64,000 nucleotides of DNA from Anaerolineales bacterium (GTDB lineage: Bacteria > Chloroflexota > Anaerolineae > Anaerolineales > UBA11579), in NCBI GenBank assembly GCA_026129255.1, contig JAHCIJ010000002.1, positions 386,234 through 450,233 on the forward strand. Direction: 5' to 3'. The notes beneath the pieces were generated by a model. That model was not told where the DNA came from. It saw only the letters and a list, made by a program, of their open reading frames with translations, and ran no database searches. Both the position numbers and the translations under genes were made by a program. Position 1 is the first letter of the stretch; every line of letters begins with the position of its first letter. Positions 46,757-56,488 of this stretch are shown piece after piece.

Positions 46757-47614
46757 CTATTTGGTGATCAGCAGCGTCCAATTGACGTACGCCGCAGGAC
46801 CATTGTCCAGCAGGATGGTGATGTTGTGGTTGGTGTTCACGTTGGTGAAGAACGCCGTCCAGGTGCTGTTGCAGCCTACGTTACCGCCGTTGCTGGAGAC
46901 TGCCGTTACTTTGACGTTGCCTACGCCAGTGCCCGTGCAGGTCAGCGTGAAACGCAGCTCGCCCGAGGTGGTGTTGCTGTCGAAGCCAGACACGCGCACA
47001 GCCACGCGGTCCTGCGTGTCGCCATCGGGATACGAGATCACATCCGAGTGGGTGCTGCTCTGGTTCTTGATGTTGGCATCTACAGAAATGTTGCTATCCG
47101 CCGGGGCAACTTGGGCGGCCGCCGCCGTAGTAGCCGTGGGGTTGGCAGCCTGGTTGTTGCCGCCGGCTGCCGTAGTGGCTGTGGGGCTGGCTGGCTGTCC
47201 GCCGCCACCGCCACCACCACCGCCGCCAGCGGCCGGTGCCTGGGCTACCGGCAGATCTGCGGGCACAGTGCCTTCAAGGAAGCTGGCCGAGATCCAGCCC
47301 GTAGCGCCGCGGTACACCACCTGCAGCCAGCTGCCGTCACTGTTGCGGCCGATCACTTCCACCGAGGCGCCGCCAGGCACCACGGTGAGCACATCGTGCC
47401 CTGTGCTATCACCGGCGCGCAGGTTCACATCGCGCACGGCCTGCATTTCGGCAGCCGCGCTACCCTCTTCCACTACCGGAGCTACTTCGCTCTCGGGGGT
47501 GGAGGTGACTTCAATATAAATGACTTCAGGGGTTACTTCGGCAGTGACGCCGCCGCAGGCGGCCAGGGCTGCCACCAGCAAGGTGGCCAATAAGAACTTG
47601 ATACGTATATTCAT
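46757..47614 (-). CDS. SH3-domain lipoprotein with a poly-Gly linker and a C-terminal beta-rich domain
   Basis: Lipobox 'LLVAALAAC'. SH3b 'VNLRAGDSTGHDVLTVVPGGASVEVIGRNSDGSWLQVVYRGATGWISASFL'. 'GGGGGGGGG' linker. Confidence 0.7.
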   Translation of the reverse strand: MNIRIKFLLATLLVAALAACGGVTAEVTPEVIYIEVTSTPESEVAPVVEEGSAAAEMQAVRDVNLRAGDSTGHDVLTVVPGGASVEVIGRNSDGSWLQVVYRGATGWISASFLEGTVPADLPVAQAPAAGGGGGGGGGGQPASPTATTAAGGNNQAANPTATTAAAAQVAPADSNISVDANIKNQSSTHSDVISYPDGDTQDRVAVRVSGFDSNTTSGELRFTLTCTGTGVGNVKVTAVSSNGGNVGCNSTWTAFFTNVNTNHNITILLDNGPAAYVNWTLLITK

Positions 47615-47778
47615 TTTTTGTTTTCTTCTCTCCTAAGGGAATTAGCGTGGCATTGTAATGGCTATGACTCATATCCATCAAGCACGCCGCCCCTTGACAA
47701 GAAAAGAACTATAGGCTCTAGATGAACTGCATGTCTGCTGCAGATGGGTGTCACAAATCTTTCAGGGCTATTTGTAAT

Positions 47779-47882
47779 CCTCTAAAGGATCTCTCCTCAC
47801 CGCTGTGCGGCTCGTTCGGGATGACACTAAACCAACACTGTCATTCCGACCGAGCGAAGTGAGGGAGGAATCCTTTAGGGCA
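47779..47882. repeat. MITE-like inverted pair (same unit family as 40226-40338)
   Basis: CCTCTAAAGGATCTCTCCTC...GGGATGACA - 11 nt - CTGTCATTCCGACCGAGCGAAGTGAGGGAGGAATCCTTTAGGGCA. Confidence 0.8.
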
Positions 47883-47941
47883 AAAAAAGACTCTCTATTG
47901 TCAAAAGGCGTTCTGATTATTCAACGCGAGGAATAGCGCAC

Positions 47942-48994
47942 TCACATCCCTGCTAGCACTACTTCCTCGTGTTTCTCAAAACTCTCCACCCAGCCTGCCA
48001 GCGTGTCGATCCAGGTGGGGTGGTCGTTGATGCACGGGATCAGCTCAAATTCCTCGCCGCCCGCCGCCAGGAACACCGCCTTGCCGCGGATGCCGATCTC
48101 TTCCAGCGTCTCCACGCAGTCATCCACAAAAGCCGGGCAGATCACGCTGAGCTTGCGCACGCCATTCTGCGCCAACTCTGCCAGCTTGGCCTCAGTGGAG
48201 GGTTGCAGCCACTTGTCGCGTCCCAGGCGTGATTGGTAGGCCAGCGAATACTTCTCTGCCGGAATGTTGAACTCGCGCACGAACGCATCCGTGGTGCGGA
48301 ACAGCTGGTGGCGGTAGCAGGTGCCGTGGGCCGCACTGGGCACCTCGCAGCAATCGGCGCTGCGCATACAGTGCGCGCCGGTGGGGTCGGTCTTGCGCAG
48401 GTGGCGCTCCGGCAGCCCGTGGTAGCTGAACAGCAAGTGCTCAAAATCCTGCAGGTGGGGGCGGGCGCTATCGTACAGCGCTTGCAGGTAGCCCACTTCA
48501 TCATAGTAAGGCGGCTGCACGTGCAGGCGAGCTGTGGGGTCGAGCTCGGCCAGCTCTTCCTGCGTCTTGACCACCGCGCTCTCGATCGTAGACATGGCGT
48601 AGTGCGGGTACAGTGGGATGGCGAAGATCTCGCGCACACCCGCATCCAGCAACTCCTGCAGCGCCTGGCGCGCCGTGGGCTTGCCGTAGCGCATACCCAG
48701 CGCCACCGGCAGCTGTGTGCGCTCCTGCAGCGCCTGCTGCGTGCGTTGGCTGATCACCACCAGTGGCGAACCTTCCGGCCACCAGATCGAGCCATAGGCC
48801 TCGGCCGAGCTGGCCGGGCGTTTGGGCAGAATGAATTGCTTCACCACCACGCTGCGGATGGGGCGCGGGTAATCCAGTACGCGCTCATCCATCAAAAATT
48901 CTTCCAGGTATACGCGCAGCGCATCCTCCTCCGGCGCATCCGGAGACCCCAGGTTCAGCAACAACACACCTTTTGTTTCTGCCACGAAAATCAA
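47942..48994 (-). CDS. hemH: Ferrochelatase
   Basis: 'GVLLLNLGSPDAP...YLEEFLMDERVLD', 'LLFSYHGLPERHL', 'CPAFVDDCVETLEEI'. Confidence 0.9.
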   Translation of the reverse strand: MIFVAETKGVLLLNLGSPDAPEEDALRVYLEEFLMDERVLDYPRPIRSVVVKQFILPKRPASSAEAYGSIWWPEGSPLVVISQRTQQALQERTQLPVALGMRYGKPTARQALQELLDAGVREIFAIPLYPHYAMSTIESAVVKTQEELAELDPTARLHVQPPYYDEVGYLQALYDSARPHLQDFEHLLFSYHGLPERHLRKTDPTGAHCMRSADCCEVPSAAHGTCYRHQLFRTTDAFVREFNIPAEKYSLAYQSRLGRDKWLQPSTEAKLAELAQNGVRKLSVICPAFVDDCVETLEEIGIRGKAVFLAAGGEEFELIPCINDHPTWIDTLAGWVESFEKHEEVVLAGM

Positions 48995-49184
48995 CCTCGC
49001 TTACTTGGGTAACATTTCACAAATAGACCACTGCCGATCTCAAAAATCCACTACATCAGCGAAAACAGATTATCACCCAGAGTGTTAAATTCGCTCACCA
49101 AAGCGAAAATAAGGGTTAAGCCCCTCATCTAGATTATTGAGAGGGCTGTGCATACACTCGCTCCGTACTTAAAAGGAGTTGTGT

Positions 49185-50147
49185 GTGCGAAAACCAATGA
49201 TTGTCCTCATGCTGGCCGCGCTGCTGGCAGCATGTGCCCCCGTAATTGTGCCGCGTGAGCCGGTAGACCCCAACGCCGCGGGCGCCATCACCATCCCCCA
49301 TACGATGGGTGAGGCGGTGCTGCCCGGCCCCGCGCTGCGCGTCGTCGCCCTCGAGTGGACCTATGTCGAGAACCTGCTGGCGCTCGGCATCCAGCCCGTC
49401 GGCGTGGCCGACATTGACGGTTTCAACACCTGGGTCAATGTACCCGCCGAGCTCGGGCCGGAGGTTGTCGATGTTGGCATGCGCAGCGAGCCCGATTTTG
49501 AGACCCTGGCCGCGCTGCAGCCCGATCTCATCATCGATACGCAGATCACCGCCACCGAATACTACACCCAGCTGGACGCCATTGCGCCCACGCTGATCCT
49601 CAACCCGTATCCCTCTGACCCAGCCATCTCCACCTTCCAGGAGATGCAAGACAGCTTCCGCCTGCTCGGTGTGGCCACTGGCCGTAGCGAGCAAGCCGAG
49701 CAGGTGCTGGCGGAGTTGGACGCCAAGATCGCCGAGGGCCGCGCCGCCATCACGGCCAGCGGCCACGCTGGCGATGGCTTTGTGCTGGCACAGATGTCCT
49801 CCTGGCTCAATACGGCCTACCTGCGCTTCTTCATTGATAACGGTATGGCGACGAATATCGTCGAGCAGCTCGGCATCGAGAATGCCTGGCAGACCGACTT
49901 TGCCCAGTATGGCTTCATGGAAGTCGGCACCGAAGCGCTCACCGAGCTTGGCGATGTGTACTTTTTCTATGTCATGCAAGATGATGATGGCCTGAACAAC
50001 TCGGGCTCCTTCCAGAAGCTGTGGCAGAGCCTGCCCTTCGTGCAGGCGGGCAAGGCGCACGGTATCGGCGGCGACACTTGGCTGTTCGGCGGCCCACTCT
50101 CCGCTGGCGTGTTGGTGGAGCGCGTCGTCGACGCCGTTACTGAGTAG
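49185..50147 (+). CDS. Iron-siderophore-type ABC substrate-binding lipoprotein
   Basis: GTG 49185 follows AAGGAG. Lipobox 'LAALLAAC'. 'RVVALEWTYVENLLALGIQPVGVAD' is typical of class-8 binding proteins. Confidence 0.8.
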   Translation: MRKPMIVLMLAALLAACAPVIVPREPVDPNAAGAITIPHTMGEAVLPGPALRVVALEWTYVENLLALGIQPVGVADIDGFNTWVNVPAELGPEVVDVGMRSEPDFETLAALQPDLIIDTQITATEYYTQLDAIAPTLILNPYPSDPAISTFQEMQDSFRLLGVATGRSEQAEQVLAELDAKIAEGRAAITASGHAGDGFVLAQMSSWLNTAYLRFFIDNGMATNIVEQLGIENAWQTDFAQYGFMEVGTEALTELGDVYFFYVMQDDDGLNNSGSFQKLWQSLPFVQAGKAHGIGGDTWLFGGPLSAGVLVERVVDAVTE

Positions 50148-50151
50148 CGCC

Positions 50152-51003
50152 TTGGAACACCCCATCCAACAAACCCTTGCAGCCCTGGCAGCTGCGAACG
50201 AGCAACATAGTTCGCAGCTGCTGGTGGCGCGTGATGCGCAGCCCGGCTGGCTGAGTGCCAGCCAGCTGCAGGAATCTGCTCACCTGGCGCCACTGCTCAA
50301 GGCCAACGGCGAGCACCACAAGGCCAGCGATGCGCAGTCCCCGGCCGCCTTGTGGTTCGGGCACTATGTGTTCAACATCATGGCCGTGGCCGTCACCTGT
50401 TACCTGGCTGCCAAACGCGTGCCAGACCTGCGCCCCGGCTCGGTTGCGCTACGCTTCGATGAAGACGGCGAGCCTGTCGCCATTGCCTGGGAGGGGCGCC
50501 AGTTCGCCGCTCTCAGCAGCGACCCGGCCGCCGCGCACCCAGACTGCACACCGCTGCCGGATTTGGATGCCTTGCGCCTGCATCTTACCCGCCAACTGGA
50601 AGCGCATTGCAGCACCATCATCACCGCTCTGCGCCATAACTCGCGTATCGGCGTGGCGGGCTTGTGGCTGCTGGCGCGTGATTATTACGGCTCGGCCTTC
50701 ACCTGGGTGGGCGAGGAAATGGGTAATGTGCAGCTGGGTTTGGAAGAAGCGCGCGCCGCCGCGGCGTTGCCAACGCAGTTGGCGCGGCAGCGTGACTTTG
50801 TGTGCGTGGAGCACGCCGGGCTGAGCTACCAGCTCATCGATCGCGTTTCGTGCTGCCTGTATTACAAGACCGATGAGGGCCACTACTGCTCCAATTGCCC
50901 ACACCGCCCCATGCCCGAACGCATCGCCCTCATCGAGACCTGGCTGGGGAAGCGCGCTGCGGCAGCACAAGCCGCAGCGGCCCAGCCTGAAGCCAGCGAA
51001 TGA
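50152..51003 (+). CDS. FhuF-like siderophore-iron reductase (2Fe-2S)
   Basis: The C-terminal 'CCLYYKTDEGHYCSNCP' is the Cys-Cys-x10-Cys-x2-Cys FhuF motif. Confidence 0.75.
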   Translation: MEHPIQQTLAALAAANEQHSSQLLVARDAQPGWLSASQLQESAHLAPLLKANGEHHKASDAQSPAALWFGHYVFNIMAVAVTCYLAAKRVPDLRPGSVALRFDEDGEPVAIAWEGRQFAALSSDPAAAHPDCTPLPDLDALRLHLTRQLEAHCSTIITALRHNSRIGVAGLWLLARDYYGSAFTWVGEEMGNVQLGLEEARAAAALPTQLARQRDFVCVEHAGLSYQLIDRVSCCLYYKTDEGHYCSNCPHRPMPERIALIETWLGKRAAAAQAAAAQPEASE

Positions 51004-52052
51004 GCACCGCACAGCTTTCCAAGCCTACGGGCACGCCAGCCGCGCCGCCTTCAGGCCGCGGTACCGTTGCACGTGTGCTGGGCTTCCCGCTGCTGGCTGC
51101 GCTGCTGCTATTGGTGCTGGTTGCCAGCACCGCCTTCGGCGCCGCCGACATTGAGCCAGGCGTGGTGGCTGAATCTGTCACCCATTTTGACGACACCAAT
51201 ACCGATCATCTCGTCATTCGCAGCTTGCGCATGCCGCGTGCCATCACCGCCGCCCTGGTGGGGGCGGCGCTGGCCGCGGCGGGCGCCATCATGCAGGGGC
51301 TGACGCGCAACCCGCTGGCTGATTCCGGCTTGCTGGGCATCGAGGCCGGCGCGGCGCTGGCCGTCATGGTGGCAGTGCTGTTCCTCAACATCCACTCCCT
51401 ATCAGGCTTTGCGGTATTTGCTTTCGTCGGCGCTGGCGTGAGCGGGGCGCTGGTGTACGCCATCGGCTCGATGGGCCGCGGCGGCCCTACGCCCATCAAG
51501 CTCACCATTGCGGGCGCGGCCCTGGCCACCCTGTTCGCCTCGGTTACCAGCTTGCTGGCCATCCTGCACCCGCTCAGTTACAACCAGGTGCGCTTTTGGA
51601 TGGCGGGCAGCGTGGCGGGCCGTGAGCTGGAGCTTATCGCCCAGGGTGCGGTCTACATCCTGGTGGGCCTGAGCCTGGCCATCCTGCTCGGCCGCCAGAT
51701 CACCACTCTCTCGCTGGGCGAGGATCTGGCACGCGGCCTCGGCCTCAATGTGCTGTGGGTCAAACTATTGGCGGCGCTGGCCGTGGTGGTGCTGGCGGGC
51801 ACATCGGTGGCGCTGGCCGGGCCGGTGGGCTTTGTGGGTCTGGTGGCGCCGCACGCCGTGCGTTTCTTTGTGGGCCTGGATTACCGCTGGATCATTCCCT
51901 ATGGCGCGCTGCTCGGCGCCATCTTCATGGTGCTGGCCGATGTGGTCGGCCGGGTGGTCTTGCGCCCGATGGAGCTGCCGGTCGGCATCATGACTGCCGC
52001 AATCGGTGGGCCGATCTTCATCTATTTGGTGCGCGCCAAGGTGAAACGCTAA
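51000..52052 (+). CDS. FecCD-family iron-siderophore ABC permease
   Basis: 'LRMPRAITAALVGAALAAAGAIMQGLTRNPLADSGLLGI'. Confidence 0.9.
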   Translation: MSTAQLSKPTGTPAAPPSGRGTVARVLGFPLLAALLLLVLVASTAFGAADIEPGVVAESVTHFDDTNTDHLVIRSLRMPRAITAALVGAALAAAGAIMQGLTRNPLADSGLLGIEAGAALAVMVAVLFLNIHSLSGFAVFAFVGAGVSGALVYAIGSMGRGGPTPIKLTIAGAALATLFASVTSLLAILHPLSYNQVRFWMAGSVAGRELELIAQGAVYILVGLSLAILLGRQITTLSLGEDLARGLGLNVLWVKLLAALAVVVLAGTSVALAGPVGFVGLVAPHAVRFFVGLDYRWIIPYGALLGAIFMVLADVVGRVVLRPMELPVGIMTAAIGGPIFIYLVRAKVKR

Positions 52053-52053
52053 C

Positions 52054-53100
52054 ATGGCTCAGTGGATCGTGCTGCGTTCGCGGCGCTTGCCCTTCTCGTT
52101 CCGCCTGGATGGCCGCCTGCCGGGTGTGATCCTTGGCCTAGTACTGGTGAGCCTGGCGGCCATGGTGATCAATATGGGTGTGGGCGAGTTTAAGATCGCC
52201 CCGCTGGATGTGTTGCGTACGCTGTTCGGTGTGGATACTGGCGTGCCCCAGCACACTTTCGTGGTCATGAACCTGCGCCTGCCGCGCATGCTGCTCGCCT
52301 GGCTGGTTGGCGCCGCACTGGCCGTGTCTGGCAACATCGTACAGGGTGTGACGCGCAATCCGCTAGCCTCGCCTGACCTCACCGGCGTCACTGCTGGCGC
52401 CAGCCTGGCAGCCGTCTTCTTCATTGTGGCTGTGCCGGGTTTGCCGCGTAACCTGCTGCCCGTGATGGCTTTCCTCGGGGCGCTCGCCGTGGCGGTACTG
52501 CTCTATATCCTGGCCTGGCGCAAGGGCGATTCGCCCATGCGCTTCATTCTGGTGGGCATCGGTCTGCAGGCGACGCTTAGCGCGGTCATTGGCTTTGAGC
52601 TCACCTTCGGCCGCATTGACCTGGTGACCCAGGCGATGATGTGGCTGGCGGGCACAGTGTACGCCAGCACTTGGGCCGAAGTGAATTCTGTGCTGCCGTG
52701 GATCGGCGGCGGCTTGCTGGTGGCGGTGCTGCTGGCGCGCCACCTGAATGCGCTCAACCTGGGAGAAGAGGTGGCCCGCGGCCTGGGCACACAGGTCACC
52801 CGCCAGCGCGCCGTGCTGCTGCTTGTGGCGGTCGCCCTGGCGGGCGTCACCGTCACCGTGGCAGGCACGATCGGCTTTGTGGGCCTGGTGGCCCCGCACC
52901 TGGCGCGCCGCCTGGTGGGGCCGATGCACGAGGGCTCGCAGATGGTGGCGGCGCTGGTAGGCGGTGCGCTGGTGATCGTGTCTGACCTGATCGGGCGCAC
53001 GGTCATTGCCCCGGCCGAGATCCCCTGCGGCATCATCATTGCCTTGCTCGGGGCGCCCTTCTTCCTTTACTTGATCTGGCAAAACCGTGAGAGGTTCTAA
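52054..53100 (+). CDS. FecCD-family iron-siderophore ABC permease
   Basis: '[39 protein letters not shown]'. Confidence 0.9.
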   Translation: MAQWIVLRSRRLPFSFRLDGRLPGVILGLVLVSLAAMVINMGVGEFKIAPLDVLRTLFGVDTGVPQHTFVVMNLRLPRMLLAWLVGAALAVSGNIVQGVTRNPLASPDLTGVTAGASLAAVFFIVAVPGLPRNLLPVMAFLGALAVAVLLYILAWRKGDSPMRFILVGIGLQATLSAVIGFELTFGRIDLVTQAMMWLAGTVYASTWAEVNSVLPWIGGGLLVAVLLARHLNALNLGEEVARGLGTQVTRQRAVLLLVAVALAGVTVTVAGTIGFVGLVAPHLARRLVGPMHEGSQMVAALVGGALVIVSDLIGRTVIAPAEIPCGIIIALLGAPFFLYLIWQNRERF

Positions 53101-53102
53101 CG

Positions 53103-53885
53103 ATGCAAACATTCCACGCTGAGCAACTTTCCCTGGGTTATACAGCCGAGCACATTATTGATGCCCTGGATCTACAACTCCCGGTGGGCAAGGTGACCGC
53201 CCTGGTTGGCCCTAACGGCTGCGGCAAGTCCACGCTGTTGCGCGGCCTGGCGCGGTTGCTCAAGCCGCAGGGGGGGGCGGTGCTGCTGGATGGCGCCGCC
53301 ATCCACAGCCTGCCCACCAAGCAGCTGGCGCGCGAGATCGGCATTCTGCCGCAATCGCCCGTGGCGCCCGAGGGGCTGACGGTGCGCGAGCTGGTGGCAC
53401 AGGGCCGCTACCCGCACCAGCACTGGTTCCAGCAATGGAGCGCCGAAGATGAGCAGGCTCTGCACAGCGCGCTGCAGCTCACCAAGCTGGAGTCGCTGGC
53501 CGAGCGCGGCGTGGACACACTGTCCGGCGGCCAGCGCCAGCGCGCCTGGATCGCCATGACCCTGGCGCAGGAGACCAACACCATCCTGCTGGATGAGCCC
53601 ACCACGTTCCTCGACCTGGCTCACCAGCTGGAAGTGCTGGAGTTGGTGCAGCACCTCAACCAGCAGGGCAAGACGATCATCCTGGTCTTGCATGACCTCA
53701 ATCATGCGGCCCGCTGCGCCCAGCACATTGTGGCCCTGCACCGCGGCCAGGTGATCGCTGAAGGCGCGCCGCAGGATGTGATCGTGGAGGATGTGGTGCG
53801 CCGCGTGTTTGGGGTGGAGAGCCAGATCCTGCGCAACCCGGTCACCGGGCAGCCCATGTGCTTGCCGATTCGGTTGGCGCAGTAG
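53103..53885 (+). CDS. Iron-siderophore ABC transporter ATP-binding protein
   Basis: Walker A 'GPNGCGKST', signature 'LSGGQRQR', Walker B 'ILLDEPT'. Confidence 0.9.
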   Translation: MQTFHAEQLSLGYTAEHIIDALDLQLPVGKVTALVGPNGCGKSTLLRGLARLLKPQGGAVLLDGAAIHSLPTKQLAREIGILPQSPVAPEGLTVRELVAQGRYPHQHWFQQWSAEDEQALHSALQLTKLESLAERGVDTLSGGQRQRAWIAMTLAQETNTILLDEPTTFLDLAHQLEVLELVQHLNQQGKTIILVLHDLNHAARCAQHIVALHRGQVIAEGAPQDVIVEDVVRRVFGVESQILRNPVTGQPMCLPIRLAQ

Positions 53886-53942
53886 GCGAACGGGGTCACC
53901 CGCCTATAAGGAACGCAATATCGGTAGGCCGAGTAAAAAATT

Positions 53943-54800
53943 AGTGGGTGTTTTTGCAATGCCCTAAAGGATTCCTCACCACTCGCTGCGCTCGGGTTCG
54001 GAATGACAGTTTGCTGCAGTAGAGTAGTTGGCAGGGGCGGGGTTACCCGTTATCAGCCAGTGGTGAGTTCTAACCAGCTAGTATGACGTCAATTCAGAAT
54101 CGTGTAGGGGCGGGTCTAAGACCCGCCCCTACCAAGTCAGTGGTGAATTCTAGCCAACTGGCATGACGTCAATTTCGAATCGCGCAGGGCGCAGCATGCT
54201 ACGCTGCTTCGCAGCGTACGCCCAGTGCCTTCAATATTGAATTTATGCCAGCTGGTATGACGCCAATTCAGAATCGCGTAGGGGCGGGTCTAAGACCCGC
54301 CCCTACCAAGTCAGTGGTGAGTTCCAGCCAACTGGCATGATGTCTAATAGGGAATCATGTAAGGCGCAGCATGTTACGCTACCTCGCAGCGTACGCCCCA
54401 GTGCCTTCAATGCTGAATTCATGCCAACTGGCATGACGTCAATTCAGAATCGCGTAGGGGCGGGTCTTAGACCCGCCCCTACTACGCCAGTGGTGAATTC
54501 TGGCCAGCTGGCATGGCGTCTACTAGGAAATCATGTGGGGCGTAGCATGCTACGCTGCTTCGCAGCGGACGCCCCAGCGCCTTCAATGTTGAATTCCAGC
54601 CAGCAGGCATGACGTCAATTCAGATCGCGTAGGGGCGGGTCTAAGACCCGCCCCTACCAAGCCAGTGGTGAGTTCTAGCCAACTGGCATGAGGTCAATTC
54701 AGAAATCGCGTAGGACAGCGTCATCCGCTCTTATACAGCAGCGTCATTCCGAAGCGGCGAAGCCGCGAGGAATCCTTTAGGGCATTACAAACACTCACTA
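53943..54800. repeat. Composite inverted-repeat-bounded element enclosing a ~175-bp x ~4 tandem array of two alternating hairpins
   Basis: Left arm TGCCCTAAAGGATTCCTC...GGAATGACA (53960-54008). Right arm GTCATTCCGA...GAGGAATCCTTTAGGGCA (54743-54784). Hairpin 1, GTAGGGGCGGGTCTAAGACCCGCCCCTAC, starts at 54104, 54278, 54454 and 54629. Hairpin 2, GGGCG..TACGCTGC-TTC-GCAGCGTACGCCC, starts at 54187, 54363 and 54537. Confidence 0.9.
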
Positions 54801-54863
54801 GGTTGCCCAAGCTTTCTGCCGCTGAAAAGCACAGCGGTTCCTGCGTTAATGGATTTGTTCTGA

Positions 54864-56393
54864 TTAGTTATCGCGCGAAGGCAGCGTGTAGTAGTTGTAC
54901 ACCGCTTCGCTCAGGTCAGAAAAGATGGCCGAGATGGGGTCAAAGATCAACTGCACCGGCTGGTAGAACGTGATCACCAGCACATAATCGCCACTGGGGC
55001 TGAACACGATGCCTGCGTCACTCATTACATTGATCACCTGCGTATTGGGGTTGGTCACCCAGCCGTGCTTGTGCGCCAGGCGCGTGCCTTCGGGCACGCC
55101 GGCTTCCAGCAGGATGCCGATGCGGTTCTGGCTCAGGATGTTCAGCATCTCCTGGCACTCGCCTTGCGTGATCTGGTCTGGGAACACCGCCCGCAGCGCG
55201 CCGCCGCCATCTTCGGCACATTGATAAATGTCCGAGAGCAGCATGCCCATGTCCGTGGGCGTGGTCTGGTTGTACGGGTCTGGGTCGGTGTTCACGTCGC
55301 CGCGCTGGCTGGCGGGTGTGGTGTAGCGTTCCAGCAGCGGAGCGCCCAGGTAGAAATATCCGGCCAGGAAGGTGTTGTTGAGCCCCAGCTGGTGCATATC
55401 TTCGGTCACGCTGATCGGGGCGCGCGGCCCGCCGATCACTTCGCTCATCAGCGCATCCGTGGCTTCGTTCAAAGATTGGGCGATCATCTCGCGGAACAGC
55501 TCTTGCACGCGGGCATCCGGCTGGCTGTCCAGGTTCTTGAACGAGGACACCAGCACGGGGATCTTCATCAGGCTGGCTGCTGTGAAAGAGATGTCCGGCT
55601 GGGTGGGCAAGTTGCTGCCCAGGCGGTAAATGAAGTGCAGCTCCTGGCCGGTGGAGAGGTCTTGGAAATAAATGTCGGCAATGCCGTCGTAGCCCGCTAC
55701 TTCCATGATCTGCTGCATCTGCACCTGCAGGTTTTGCAGATTGGGCCGTGCGGTGGCGGATTGCTGGATGGTGAGGCTGACGCCGCGCTCGGCAGGCGAG
55801 AACAGCGCGGCTTCGATCTGGCTGATCGCACTTTCCATGTTGATGGTGGTGCCCGGTTCGCCGAGCTGAAACTGGGTCGTGCCCGCAATGGGTTGGGCCG
55901 GGCTGGGAGCTTTGTCGTAGCGTGCTGAGATCTCGCCTTGTAGGTAGCGCAGCAGCAAGCCTTCAGAGTAGGTGGCATCCAACGGCACTTCGATCGGGTT
56001 GGAGACATTGCCCCACAAATAATCCCAGAAGCCGCCCCAGAACGGGGAGCTGGTGCGCTGCTGGTCTGCCGCGGCGATCATGCCTTCAAGATTCAGGCGG
56101 AACTCCACCGCTGCAGGGTCCATGTGGATGAGGGCATCCCCATAGCGCAGCTCCACCGGCAGGTTGTAGATGCGCAACAGGCGTTCGGCGGCCTCCTGGC
56201 GGCTGATGCCGCCCATCGGGATGCCAGCCACCACCAGCCCGGCAGGGAAGTTGGCGCGGTCACGGCTGTAAAGGATGAGCTGCACGATCAGAAGAACGAG
56301 GGTGCCGATCAGCAGGACGCTGGCAGCCAGGCGCATAAATGAAGAGCGCGGACGTACGTAGAAACTCATGGCAACGAAGCGCGAGTATATCAT
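54864..56393 (-). CDS. Membrane-anchored serine hydrolase (class A beta-lactamase-related fold) with an N-terminal extra domain
   Basis: TM 'LAASVLLIGTLVLLIVQLILY'. SxxK motif 'FTAASLMKIPV'. 'HKHGW' is KTG-like. The start is ambiguous (56447, 56393 or 56369). Confidence 0.7.
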   Translation of the reverse strand: MIYSRFVAMSFYVRPRSSFMRLAASVLLIGTLVLLIVQLILYSRDRANFPAGLVVAGIPMGGISRQEAAERLLRIYNLPVELRYGDALIHMDPAAVEFRLNLEGMIAAADQQRTSSPFWGGFWDYLWGNVSNPIEVPLDATYSEGLLLRYLQGEISARYDKAPSPAQPIAGTTQFQLGEPGTTINMESAISQIEAALFSPAERGVSLTIQQSATARPNLQNLQVQMQQIMEVAGYDGIADIYFQDLSTGQELHFIYRLGSNLPTQPDISFTAASLMKIPVLVSSFKNLDSQPDARVQELFREMIAQSLNEATDALMSEVIGGPRAPISVTEDMHQLGLNNTFLAGYFYLGAPLLERYTTPASQRGDVNTDPDPYNQTTPTDMGMLLSDIYQCAEDGGGALRAVFPDQITQGECQEMLNILSQNRIGILLEAGVPEGTRLAHKHGWVTNPNTQVINVMSDAGIVFSPSGDYVLVITFYQPVQLIFDPISAIFSDLSEAVYNYYTLPSRDN

Positions 56394-56488
56394 CCGCGTG
56401 TGCGTGTTAGAATCGCCCGCATTAGGGCTGTATGAATGCGCAAGCAACTACCGCCCGCGTCCATCCACTACCCAAACAACTCAACCCT

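Noticed and set aside
47190-47230. Poly-Gly coding tract as a phase-variable simple sequence repeat.
   Set aside because: The tract uses mixed codons (GGC/GGT/GGA equivalents on the coding strand) rather than a perfect homopolymer or short tandem repeat.
48995-49184. Fur or DtxR/IdeR box in the hemH / siderophore-operon control region.
   Set aside because: Only weak partial matches were seen (for example 'CAGATTATCAC' and 'TAAGGGTTAAGCCCC'). This is not enough to call a site.
54337-54612. 91-aa ORF inside the tandem array.
   Set aside because: It is translated entirely from repeat units, has no SD, and its periodic composition mirrors the DNA repeats. It is an artefact.
54040-54715. Possible CRISPR array (regularly spaced ~29-nt palindromic repeats).
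   Set aside because: The sequences between the 29-nt hairpins are themselves repeated from unit to unit, so there are no unique spacers. Two hairpin types alternate, the true period is ~175 bp, and no cas genes or leader are nearby.
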